NCBI GenBank assembly: GCA_009838915.1
Contig: VXQT01000032.1
Location: 11,016 to 75,015 of the forward strand
DNA from: Chloroflexota bacterium
Lineage (GTDB): Bacteria; Chloroflexota; Dehalococcoidia; Bin125
DNA: 64,000 nucleotides
Reading direction: 5' to 3'
Both the position numbers and the translations under genes were made by a program. Below, one piece after another: positions 36,514 to 44,051 of this stretch. The notes beneath the pieces were generated by a model. That model made no database searches and was not told the DNA's origin. It was given only the letters and a program-made list of their open reading frames with translations. Within the stretch, counting starts at the first letter, position 1, and every line of letters begins with the position of its first letter.

Positions 36514-37494
36514 ATGAGCCAGATCGCCGATCCCACCGTCGTCCCGCTGCGTGATCCCACGATCCTCGAGCGACTGCGCAACGCCACGGTCAGCCTCGGC
36601 CGCTTCCTGCGCGGCAAGCCGCTGGGCGGCTCCGGGTTGATCGTGGTCGTCATCTTCATCCTCGTGGCGCTGCTCGCCCCCGTCATCCAGCGCCACGACC
36701 CGGACCAGATTTTCGAAGGTCCCAATCCCGACTACAAGGCCAACCCGACCGTGATCGAACTGGCCCGCAACCCCGACATCGGCTCGCCGGTGGTCGTCGA
36801 GCAATTCATCGAACCCTCGGGCGGACACTGGTTCGGTACCGACAAGTTCGGCCGCGACATCTGGTCGCAGGTCATTCACGGCGCTCGATTGAGTCTGATC
36901 GTCGGGTTGGGCGCATCGGTGATCGCCGTGGTCGGCGGACTGATCATCGGCATGATCTCGGCTTACTACGCCGGCATCGTCGACCTGTTGATTCAACGGC
37001 TGGTTGACATGCTTCAGGCGATCCCGTTCCTGGTCCTGGTGCTGGTCTTTACCCAGATCACGGAGCGCTCTGTTCTCAATGTGGTCCTATGGCTCGGCGT
37101 CGCCGGCCTGGCGATTACGACCAGGCTGATCCGCTCGGCCGTGCTCGGCGTGCGCGAGAGCGAGTTCGTGCTGGCCGCCCGGGTCGTCGGCGCGAGCGAC
37201 CTGCGGATCATGATCCGCCACGTGCTGCCCAACTGCGTCGCCGTGCTGATCATCGCGTTCAGCATCGGCATCGGCGCCTACATCCTTGCCGAGGCATCCA
37301 TCTCCTTCCTCGGCGCGGGGCCGCAGGGCATCCCGAGCTGGGGCCAGATGGTCCAGGCCGGACGCGGTTCGCTCGACCTGCATCCCTGGCAGACCGTCTT
37401 CGCCGGCGGCGCGATCATGTTGATCGTGCTCGGCTTCAACCTGCTTGGCGACGCGCTCAGGGACGTGCTTGATCCACGCCTGCGCGGCGCTTGA
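36514..37494 (+). CDS. ABC transporter permease (DppC/OppC-like)
   Basis: HWFGTDKFGRDIWS motif and EFVLAARVVGAS EAA loop. Confidence 0.88.
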   Translation: MSQIADPTVVPLRDPTILERLRNATVSLGRFLRGKPLGGSGLIVVVIFILVALLAPVIQRHDPDQIFEGPNPDYKANPTVIELARNPDIGSPVVVEQFIEPSGGHWFGTDKFGRDIWSQVIHGARLSLIVGLGASVIAVVGGLIIGMISAYYAGIVDLLIQRLVDMLQAIPFLVLVLVFTQITERSVLNVVLWLGVAGLAITTRLIRSAVLGVRESEFVLAARVVGASDLRIMIRHVLPNCVAVLIIAFSIGIGAYILAEASISFLGAGPQGIPSWGQMVQAGRGSLDLHPWQTVFAGGAIMLIVLGFNLLGDALRDVLDPRLRGA

Positions 37495-38908
37495 CGCCGT
37501 TCGCCAGCGCCTCCGCCAGACGCCTGAACATCACCATGTGGATCGGCCAGAGCGCGTACCAGTAGACCAGTCCCCATACGCCGGCTGGATGAAAGTGCGC
37601 CTGTAACTGCGCGATCGAGCCGTCGCCGTCCGGCCGCACCGAGAGCTCCAGCACCGCCGACCCCGGCAGCTTCATCTCCGCGACCAGCGTCAGGCTCCGG
37701 TCCGGCTCCACCGCCGCGACCCGCCAGAAGTCGAGCGGGTCGTCAACCCGCAGCTCAGTCGGATGCCGCCGCCCCCGCCGCATCCCGACTCCGCCCAGCA
37801 GCCGATCGATTGCGCCGCGCAGCCGCCACAGCCAGGTCGCGTAGTACCAACCGCGCGCGCCGCCAATCGATGAGATGTCGTCCCAAACCTGGTCCGCCGA
37901 TCGAGCCGTGCTCACCTCGACGCGCACCGACTTGTCGAACCACGACACATCATGCCGCTGTCGGCGGTAACGGAAGCCGCCCTCGGTCCAGCGGATCGTC
38001 AGCGCCGCCGAACGCTCCTCCTCCAGCGCCTGAGCCACCGCTTCGCGGTAACTGGTCCCGTCAATCGGAGTCAGCTCGCGCAACTCGTCGGGACGCTCGG
38101 AGACCAGGTCATGCTTCAGTCCGTCGATCAGCGGACGCGCAATGCTGGCCGGAACCGCCGTCACCAGGTCGAGCCAGTACGACGAGAGCCTCGGACTCAG
38201 CACCGGCAGCGGCACGATCCGCACCTCGCGGCCCACGACCGCGCCAAACTGCCGAAGCAGGTCGCCGTAGCTCAGCGTCTCGGGACCGACCGCATCGTAA
38301 GTGTGCGACTCCCCGTCGTCCTCAAACGCCAACAGACCGACCAAGTAGGCCAACAGATCGTCAAGCGCGATCGGTTGGCTGCGCGACCGCACCCAGCGCG
38401 GCGCAAGCATGACCGGCAGGTGATAGACCAGGTCGCGGATCACCTCGAACGCCGCCGAGCCCGGCCCCACGACGATCCCGGCGCGCAACTCGGTCACCGG
38501 TACCGGACCGCCGCGCAGAATCTCGCCGGTTTCCAATCGCGACGCCAGGTGCGGCGACGCCCCGACCGGAGGCTGCAAGCCTCCCAGGTAGATGATCCGC
38601 CGCACGCCCACATCCGCAGCCGCATCGCGGAAGTTCGCCGCCGCGCGCCGGTCCAGCTCGGAGAACTCCTTGCCCGCCGCCATCGAGTGCACCAGGTAGT
38701 AAGCGATGTCCACGCCGTCGAGCGCCTCCTTCAGCGAGTCGAGCTCAAGGGCGTCGGCGCGTACGCACTCCACGCCGTCCCAGCCGCGGGCCCGCAGCGC
38801 ATCCACTCGACGGGCCGCCGCACGCACGTCATGGCCTGCCGCGGCGAGACGAGGCGCCAGATGTCCGCCCACATACCCGCTCGCGCCGAGGATCAGGACT
38901 CGCGTCAT
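37457..38908 (-). CDS. NAD(P)H-binding atypical SDR fused to a DUF2867-like C-terminal domain
   Basis: MTRVLILGASGYVGGHL Rossmann start. The 483-aa architecture matches NmrA-like plus DUF2867 proteins as I recall them. Confidence 0.65.
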   Translation of the reverse strand: MTRVLILGASGYVGGHLAPRLAAAGHDVRAAARRVDALRARGWDGVECVRADALELDSLKEALDGVDIAYYLVHSMAAGKEFSELDRRAAANFRDAAADVGVRRIIYLGGLQPPVGASPHLASRLETGEILRGGPVPVTELRAGIVVGPGSAAFEVIRDLVYHLPVMLAPRWVRSRSQPIALDDLLAYLVGLLAFEDDGESHTYDAVGPETLSYGDLLRQFGAVVGREVRIVPLPVLSPRLSSYWLDLVTAVPASIARPLIDGLKHDLVSERPDELRELTPIDGTSYREAVAQALEEERSAALTIRWTEGGFRYRRQRHDVSWFDKSVRVEVSTARSADQVWDDISSIGGARGWYYATWLWRLRGAIDRLLGGVGMRRGRRHPTELRVDDPLDFWRVAAVEPDRSLTLVAEMKLPGSAVLELSVRPDGDGSIAQLQAHFHPAGVWGLVYWYALWPIHMVMFRRLAEALANGVKRRAGVDQARP

Positions 38909-38954
38909 ACATCAACGCTACGCCGAGGCAACGGCGCACTGCACTCGCGCCGGA

Positions 38955-39413
38955 TCAGCGGCGCGACATCGCCTCCAGCACTCGAAACTCCGTGTAATCC
39001 TCGGGCAGCCCCTCGTCAACTGCGGCCTGGCGCATCGCCTCGAGCGCGTCGTTCCAACCCTCCGTCCAACCAACCGCAAACTGCTCGCCGTATGGCGTGT
39101 CCGCGCCTTCCCCGGCGATGACAATCCGCTCTCCCAATCGCTCCACTTCACCATGAGGCAGCCCATCGGCGTAGCCCTGATTCTCGACGGCGACGTACGC
39201 CTTTGCGTACGCCGCCTCCTCCGCCCTCCGCAAATCGTCGGAAGTGCGCAGGTTGAACGGGTCCAGCGTCGCGCCGATTAGCGCCGCCAGGAGCACGCCC
39301 ATCACCGTCGCGACCATCGTGTGCCGACCGATCGGGTCGCGGCCGCGACGCCACCACGAGCGCTCCTGCTCGTCCGTACCCCAAGTCTGCAAGGACGTTC
39401 TGCGCTGAGTCAT
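38955..39413 (-). CDS. Small single-pass membrane protein, type 1 (copy A) of the triplicated two-gene module
   Basis: Basic N-terminus with WWRRG, TM MVATVMGVLLAALIGA, AAYAKAYVAV, and C-terminal FAVGWTEGWNDALEAM. ATG 39413 overlaps the stop of copy B (ATGA). Confidence 0.6.
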   Translation of the reverse strand: MTQRRTSLQTWGTDEQERSWWRRGRDPIGRHTMVATVMGVLLAALIGATLDPFNLRTSDDLRRAEEAAYAKAYVAVENQGYADGLPHGEVERLGERIVIAGEGADTPYGEQFAVGWTEGWNDALEAMRQAAVDEGLPEDYTEFRVLEAMSRR

Positions 39414-39820
39414 TGACGCAGCGCCTCCCACGCCTCAAACGCCGATTCCACTTCCAGCTTGTTGCGCTTCGCGGTATGCAGCGCCAGATCAATCGCCGCA
39501 TTCCAGGAGAACTCGTACGAACGTCGCAGGGCGTCCGCGGGATCGCCCGAGGCGAGCAACTCGGGCAGCGCCAACTGTGCTCGTCCGGCGCCGTCCAGCC
39601 GACCGCGCTCGAACGCCGCCTCGTAGCCGTCGATCCGGCCCTCCCGCTCGCCCCGCACCTCCGCCTTGGCGATCTCCTCGGGCGTGACCTGATCCAGGAC
39701 CGAGATCATCCAGCCGATCGCCGCCGTCACGGCCATCGCCGCGAGCAACGAGATCAGCACTTGTCGCGGCAGGTCGTAGCGAAGCAGGCGCATTCCGTGA
39801 GCGTACACGCGAACCCGCAT
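39410..39820 (-). CDS. Small single-pass membrane protein, type 2 (copy B)
   Basis: YDLPRQ, TM VLISLLAAMAVTAAIGWMI, EGRIDGYEAAFERGRLDG, YEFSWNAAIDLAL, C-terminal WEALRQ. Start taken at ATG 39820 (AGGGG 8-12 nt upstream). The ORF-track start at 39994 would overlap copy C. Confidence 0.55.
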   Translation of the reverse strand: MRVRVYAHGMRLLRYDLPRQVLISLLAAMAVTAAIGWMISVLDQVTPEEIAKAEVRGEREGRIDGYEAAFERGRLDGAGRAQLALPELLASGDPADALRRSYEFSWNAAIDLALHTAKRNKLEVESAFEAWEALRQ

Positions 39821-39869
39821 CTGCAGCCCCTGTGAACACAGGGGCCCGTTCCGCGCGTGACTCACGAGA

Positions 39870-40346
39870 TCAACGTCGATCAATCCCCAAGAGCAGATCG
39901 CGTTCCCGCTGCAACTCATCCGCCGGCGCCTCGGACTCGGTGGCTCGCAGCATGGCGTCGAGCGCCGCGTTCCAGCCGTCGGTCCAGCCCTCACGAATTC
40001 CCCGCACCCAGGCAGCGTCGCCGTCCTTGTGCTCCAGTCCGAGCAGGATCAGGTGGCGCTGCCGACCCAGTTCGACGCCGCGCCGCTGCCCTTCCTCGTA
40101 GGCGGCTTCATACGCCGCATTGAACGCCGCCATCTCCTTATCCGGCAGATCAAACTCCGTCGTCACACCGAGTGGATCGAATGCCACGCCCACCACCGCG
40201 ACTAGCGCAATCGCCACGACGAACGCCAGGATCGAGTGCATGCCCGTGAAGTCGGCGCCGCGCTGCCACCATGCGCCCGCCGCGGGGTCGCTACTGCGGT
40301 AGTTGCTCAAACCATGCCGCCGGGTACGTCTCGGTTGTCTGCTCAT
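39870..40346 (-). CDS. Small single-pass membrane protein, type 1 (copy C)
   Basis: WWQRG, TM ILAFVVAIALVAVVGVAF, AAFNAAYEAAYEEG, VRGIREGWTDGWNAALDAM. ATGA overlap with copy D. Confidence 0.6.
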   Translation of the reverse strand: MSRQPRRTRRHGLSNYRSSDPAAGAWWQRGADFTGMHSILAFVVAIALVAVVGVAFDPLGVTTEFDLPDKEMAAFNAAYEAAYEEGQRRGVELGRQRHLILLGLEHKDGDAAWVRGIREGWTDGWNAALDAMLRATESEAPADELQRERDLLLGIDRR

Positions 40347-40762
40347 CGGCGCAGTGACTCCCAGTACGTCATCCGCCTGAGCTGAATCACCGGCGTATGC
40401 GACGCTTCCTCAATCGCCCGATCGATCGCCTCGTTCCAGGCCAGATCGAAGGCAAACTCGCGGCCCTCATCGAACGTCCCAGTCGACACGAGGCTGTCGA
40501 CATCACCGCGCGCCGCGAAGAACCCGTCTTCCTCGCCATCGCGCAACCCCTCCGCAAACCCGCGCGCCCGACCCTCGACCTGCCCGGTCTCCTCAATACT
40601 CTCCACCTGCGACGGCGGAATCCGCCAGAAGAACGTGATGATCAGTCCACAGGCAATCGCAACCGCGAGTCCCAGCACAAACGCCTTCGCGCTCTGCCTG
40701 GGGATGTCGTACTGCCAGAGCGACTTAACGAAAGACACGAATGACACTCTTACTGAACACAA
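40343..40762 (-). CDS. Small single-pass membrane protein, type 2 (copy D)
   Basis: YDIPRQ, TM AFVLGLAVAIACGLIITFFW, EGRARGFAEGLRDGEEDG, FAFDLAWNEAIDRAI, C-terminal YWESLRR. The start is TTG at 40762 or GTG at 40747 or 40738 (uncertain). Confidence 0.55.
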   Translation of the reverse strand: MCSVRVSFVSFVKSLWQYDIPRQSAKAFVLGLAVAIACGLIITFFWRIPPSQVESIEETGQVEGRARGFAEGLRDGEEDGFFAARGDVDSLVSTGTFDEGREFAFDLAWNEAIDRAIEEASHTPVIQLRRMTYWESLRR

Positions 40763-40780
40763 TCGTTGATCCGACGGATC

Positions 40781-41266
40781 TCACTGCTGCGGAACACGGC
40801 GCGGCTCCGTGTCCAACGCTGTGAGCTCACGCGAGTCGGGGCTCAGGCCTGCCTCGAGCGATGCCGCGAACATCGCATCCAGCGCATCGTTCCAACCCTC
40901 TGCCCATCCTTGGCGAACGCCCTCTGCCCACGCTGAGTCGCCTGACGGCCCAGACGCGAACACAAGCAGTGCAAGTTCATACGTCATGCGTTGTTCCAAA
41001 GCGGACTCGTAAGATTCGTCATATGCGGCGTCGTAGGCGTTGCTCAACGCCTCATACCTAATCTCTTCTACGTCGCCTCGCGTGGTCTGCATCTGCTGTG
41101 GCACAACCTCCAACAGCACCCAGCCGATCAATGCCGCAGTTGCCGCGCCAATCAAGAACCACGCCAGCATCCGCCTTGACGACTCGTCGGGAGGTCGCCA
41201 CATTGCGAGCCTTACGAGATCTCGTGAGCTGCCAGTCGGTGGAGTGAGCGGTGTTCCCAGACTCAT
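40781..41266 (-). CDS. Small single-pass membrane protein, type 1 (copy E)
   Basis: TM MLAWFLIGAATAALIGWVLL, ALSNAYDAAYDESY, AEGVRQGWAEGWNDALDAM. ATGA overlap with copy F. Confidence 0.6.
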   Translation of the reverse strand: MSLGTPLTPPTGSSRDLVRLAMWRPPDESSRRMLAWFLIGAATAALIGWVLLEVVPQQMQTTRGDVEEIRYEALSNAYDAAYDESYESALEQRMTYELALLVFASGPSGDSAWAEGVRQGWAEGWNDALDAMFAASLEAGLSPDSRELTALDTEPRRVPQQ

Positions 41267-41670
41267 CTTCGCAGCTCAATCCACTGGGTGTGCTCTTCCT
41301 CGTGGAGCCGCTGTCTCGGCACTCGCCGGCTGAGCGTCTCGATCGCGTCATTCCAGGCGTAGCGATACGTGGGTTGGTAACCGAGATCAAAGCTCTCGCT
41401 CGCGGTCAAACGGGGGAGCTCTTCGGAAGCTCGACGCTGAGCCTCATCAATGGCGTTCTCTTTTGCTTCCTGCTGAGCCAGATACACCCCTCGCGTTGCT
41501 CCGGCGGTCTCGACTTGATTGCGATAGGACTCAGGAATGCCACTCGGCCACGGTGTTGCTACAACCGCCAGGACGGCCACCACGATCGCGACCAGCGTAA
41601 ATCCCGCCAAGAAGGCGACCAGACTCAGCGGCCAGGCACGGATCTTGAGCAACTTGAACGTCCGCTTCAA
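41263..41670 (-). CDS. Small single-pass membrane protein, type 2 (copy F)
   Basis: Basic N-terminus MKRTFKLLKIR, TM LSLVAFLAGFTLVAIVVAVLAVVA, YRYAWNDAIETL, C-terminal QWIELRR. The TTG start overlaps the stop of the MoaD-like gene (TTGA). Confidence 0.55.
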   Translation of the reverse strand: MKRTFKLLKIRAWPLSLVAFLAGFTLVAIVVAVLAVVATPWPSGIPESYRNQVETAGATRGVYLAQQEAKENAIDEAQRRASEELPRLTASESFDLGYQPTYRYAWNDAIETLSRRVPRQRLHEEEHTQWIELRR

Positions 41671-41951
41671 TGGTGCTCGGACCCCCCTGCGACCGGGGGA
41701 AAGATGTCCAGTTCGCTGTCGGGGTTTACCCGGCTTTGCAGGCCCTCGACGTGGCGGATGTCTCGGCCGTCGACCATGATCGCGACGAAGCGGCGCACCG
41801 TGCCGTCATCGTCGAAGAGCTGCGCGCGGAGTCCGTCGTAGTCGTCGGCGAGGCGCTCCAGGACGGCGCCAATCGTGTCCGGCGGGTCGGACAACTCGAC
41901 GCTGCGGCCGCCGACAATGGGCCGCAGCGTCGCGTAGAAGCGGATCTGCAT
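41667..41951 (-). CDS. MoaD/ThiS-family ubiquitin-like sulfur-carrier protein with a 4-residue extension after the GG motif
   Basis: MQIRFYATLRPIVGGRSVEL ... DSELDIFPPVAGG-SEHH. Beta-grasp sulfur-carrier pattern. Start taken at ATG 41951. Confidence 0.7.
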   Translation of the reverse strand: MQIRFYATLRPIVGGRSVELSDPPDTIGAVLERLADDYDGLRAQLFDDDGTVRRFVAIMVDGRDIRHVEGLQSRVNPDSELDIFPPVAGGSEHH

Positions 41952-41961
41952 GGGCGTCCTG

Positions 41962-42079
41962 TGGGCCCTCACCCCAGCCCTCTCCCAGGGGGAGAGGGAG
42001 TTTAGAAGGAGAGCCCTTCGCTCAACGGATGACGAGTTCCCAACCCCTCTCCCTGAGGGAGAGGGTTAGGGTGAGGGCC
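41962..42079. repeat. Inverted pair of REP-like family 3 units (GGGCCCTCACCC-N3-CCCTCTCCC-N3-GGGAGAGGG)
   Basis: The left unit (41962-41997) and right unit (42043-42079) are reverse complements of each other, and each contains its own 9-bp hairpin. They lie between the AOR and MoaD-like genes. Confidence 0.75.
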
Positions 42080-42095
42080 CTCGCGGCTTTGATTC

Positions 42096-43958
42096 CTACG
42101 CAATGATCTCCAGCTCGCGCAGCTTGGCCTCGCCGACAACGCCGTCGTCCCAGCCTCGGGCGTCGTAGTACTGCTCCTTCATCTGGTCGAGCTCGCAGAC
42201 GTGGCCTTCCGCCGGGCCGCTGCCCGGTTCGGTCAGGAAGCGCTCGGGCAGCGAGTCGTCGCTGCCGTCGAAGCCGGCCAGGTTGTTGTAGTAGCGCTCG
42301 AGGTTGTAGATGCGCTCGCCGGCGACCATCACGTCCTCTTCGGACATCGGCAGGCCGACGACAGTCTCGTAGAGCGCCGCGTACTCAGGCGCGCCCACCG
42401 CGAAGGCGGAGAACTTGCACAGGTCGAGCGAGTCGGAGAAGGCGTGCAGGTCCTGGAAGATCTTGAGCAGCGGACCCTTGCCGTCCCACTCCAGCGGGTC
42501 GGTCTGCACGGGAATGCCCAGCAGCTCCGAGGCCGGCGTGTAGCCGCGCAGGTGGCAGGCGCCGCGATTCGAGGTGGCGTAGCCCAGGCCCTCGCCCTTG
42601 ATCCCGCGCGGGTCGTAGGCCGGCACCGCCTGGCCCTTGACCGTCATCGAGATCTCCGGGTGGCCCCAGGCCGCCGCCGCCTTGGCCGTTCCCTGAGCCA
42701 GCGTCTGACCGATCGAGGACGAACCCATCGCCATCTCCTCGGCCACGCGGACCATGCCCGCGCCGTCGCCCCAGTCGAGCGGCGTGTCGACGTAGCCGCG
42801 CTCCGATGCCTCCATGTACATCGAGATCACGTTGCCGATCTCGATCGCGTCCATGCCGTAGTCGTTGCACTGGTCGATCACCTTGGCGATCACCGCCGGG
42901 TCGTCGTTGCCGCAGTTTGCGCCCAGCGACCAGGCCGGCTCATACTCGAACGACTCCATCTTCAGGCCCGCGTGCGGACCCTCGGTGATCTCGACTTCTT
43001 TCTTGCAGGCCACCGGACAGGCGTGACAGGTCGGCTCGGCGGTCAGGAAGTCATCGCGCATCGTCTCGCCTGAGACCGCGTTGGCCGCCTCCGGCGTGGT
43101 CTGCGTCGCCTGCGAATTCTTCGTGCCCAATCCGCCGACCGCGTTGACCGCGTTCATCAGCACGTTGGTCCCGAACGCCGAGAGCGCGCCCGAGCCCTCC
43201 TTGAGCGAACCGTCGTCGTTGACCGACGACGGCGCCGTCACCGGCGACTCCATGATCAGCTTGAGGTGCGCGCCCTGCGCCTCGCGGAAGGCCTGACGCT
43301 TCTCGCCCTGCTCCGGTCGCCAGCGTCCCTCGCGCGTGCCGCGCACGACCACGCACTTCAGATTCTTCATCCCGGCAACCGCGCCGGTGCCGCCACGACC
43401 GGCCGCGCGGTCGTCCTCGTTGAGGAAAGAAGCAAACAGCACGCCGTTCTCGCCAGCCTGCCCAATCGACATCACCGAGACATCGGTCTTGTTACCGCTG
43501 TCAGAGCCGAAGTGGGCCACCGTGTCGTGGATGCCCTTGCCCCAGATCTCGGAGGCGTCGCGAATGGCAACCTCGCCGTTCTCAACTTCCAGATAGACCG
43601 GCGAGTTCGCCTTGCCCGTGATCAGAACCGCGTCGAAACCGGCCCAGCGCAGCCGCGCCGCCGACCAGCCGCCCATGTGCGAGTCGGTCACCGTGCCCGT
43701 CAGCGGGGACTTGGTCACGAAGGCCAGGCGTCCCGACATCGTCACCTCGGTGCCGGTCAGCGGTCCGTTGACCAGCGCCAGCATGTTGTCGGGAGAACTG
43801 GGATCGACATCCGCGCCGTTGTCGAGCAGGTACTTGACCCCCAGCCCGCGAGCGCCGATGTACTTGCGTGCGTCGTCCTCATTGATACCTTCGTAGGAGA
43901 CCGAGCGGTCAGTCAGATTGACCCGAGCCACCCGATTCGCAAAACCGCCAAGTGCCAT
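42096..43958 (-). CDS. aor: Aldehyde:ferredoxin oxidoreductase (tungsten/molybdopterin AOR family)
   Basis: ~620 aa. N-terminal FANRVARVNLTD, 4Fe-4S/pterin ligand region EPTCHACPVACKK, and GNRGACHLRGY-type segment SNRGACHLRGY. Confidence 0.88.
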   Translation of the reverse strand: MALGGFANRVARVNLTDRSVSYEGINEDDARKYIGARGLGVKYLLDNGADVDPSSPDNMLALVNGPLTGTEVTMSGRLAFVTKSPLTGTVTDSHMGGWSAARLRWAGFDAVLITGKANSPVYLEVENGEVAIRDASEIWGKGIHDTVAHFGSDSGNKTDVSVMSIGQAGENGVLFASFLNEDDRAAGRGGTGAVAGMKNLKCVVVRGTREGRWRPEQGEKRQAFREAQGAHLKLIMESPVTAPSSVNDDGSLKEGSGALSAFGTNVLMNAVNAVGGLGTKNSQATQTTPEAANAVSGETMRDDFLTAEPTCHACPVACKKEVEITEGPHAGLKMESFEYEPAWSLGANCGNDDPAVIAKVIDQCNDYGMDAIEIGNVISMYMEASERGYVDTPLDWGDGAGMVRVAEEMAMGSSSIGQTLAQGTAKAAAAWGHPEISMTVKGQAVPAYDPRGIKGEGLGYATSNRGACHLRGYTPASELLGIPVQTDPLEWDGKGPLLKIFQDLHAFSDSLDLCKFSAFAVGAPEYAALYETVVGLPMSEEDVMVAGERIYNLERYYNNLAGFDGSDDSLPERFLTEPGSGPAEGHVCELDQMKEQYYDARGWDDGVVGEAKLRELEIIA

Positions 43959-44051
43959 GATCGTTCCCTTCACCATCGCTCTGGTTTGCGCGTCAAAGAT
44001 AGCGGATTGCCGCAGCGTTCCCGAGCCGGCGTCTCTTGCAAATCCGAGTGC

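Noticed and set aside
33744-36996. Long minus-strand ORFs (33744-35387, 547 aa; 35509-36996, 495 aa) opposite the ABC importer genes
   Set aside because: They are V/G/D/R/H-rich antisense translations, while the plus strand encodes canonical SBP and permease motifs.
39821-39994. N-terminal 58-codon extension of small protein B (ORF-track start 39994)
   Set aside because: It would overlap copy C by 125 nt. It also encodes R/P/C/S-rich sequence unlike the other type-2 N-termini. ATG 39820 has an AGGGG SD-like sequence and restores the family pattern.
40700-41600. Locally lower G+C (for example 32 of 60 bases in the line starting 40981, and 27 of 60 in the line starting 57961 within the sterol reductase gene) as evidence of horizontal transfer
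   Set aside because: I counted only a few lines by hand. Neighbouring lines return to about 60-75% G+C, and the amino-acid composition of membrane or acidic helical proteins could explain the dips. This needs a proper sliding-window GC and codon-usage computation before any claim.
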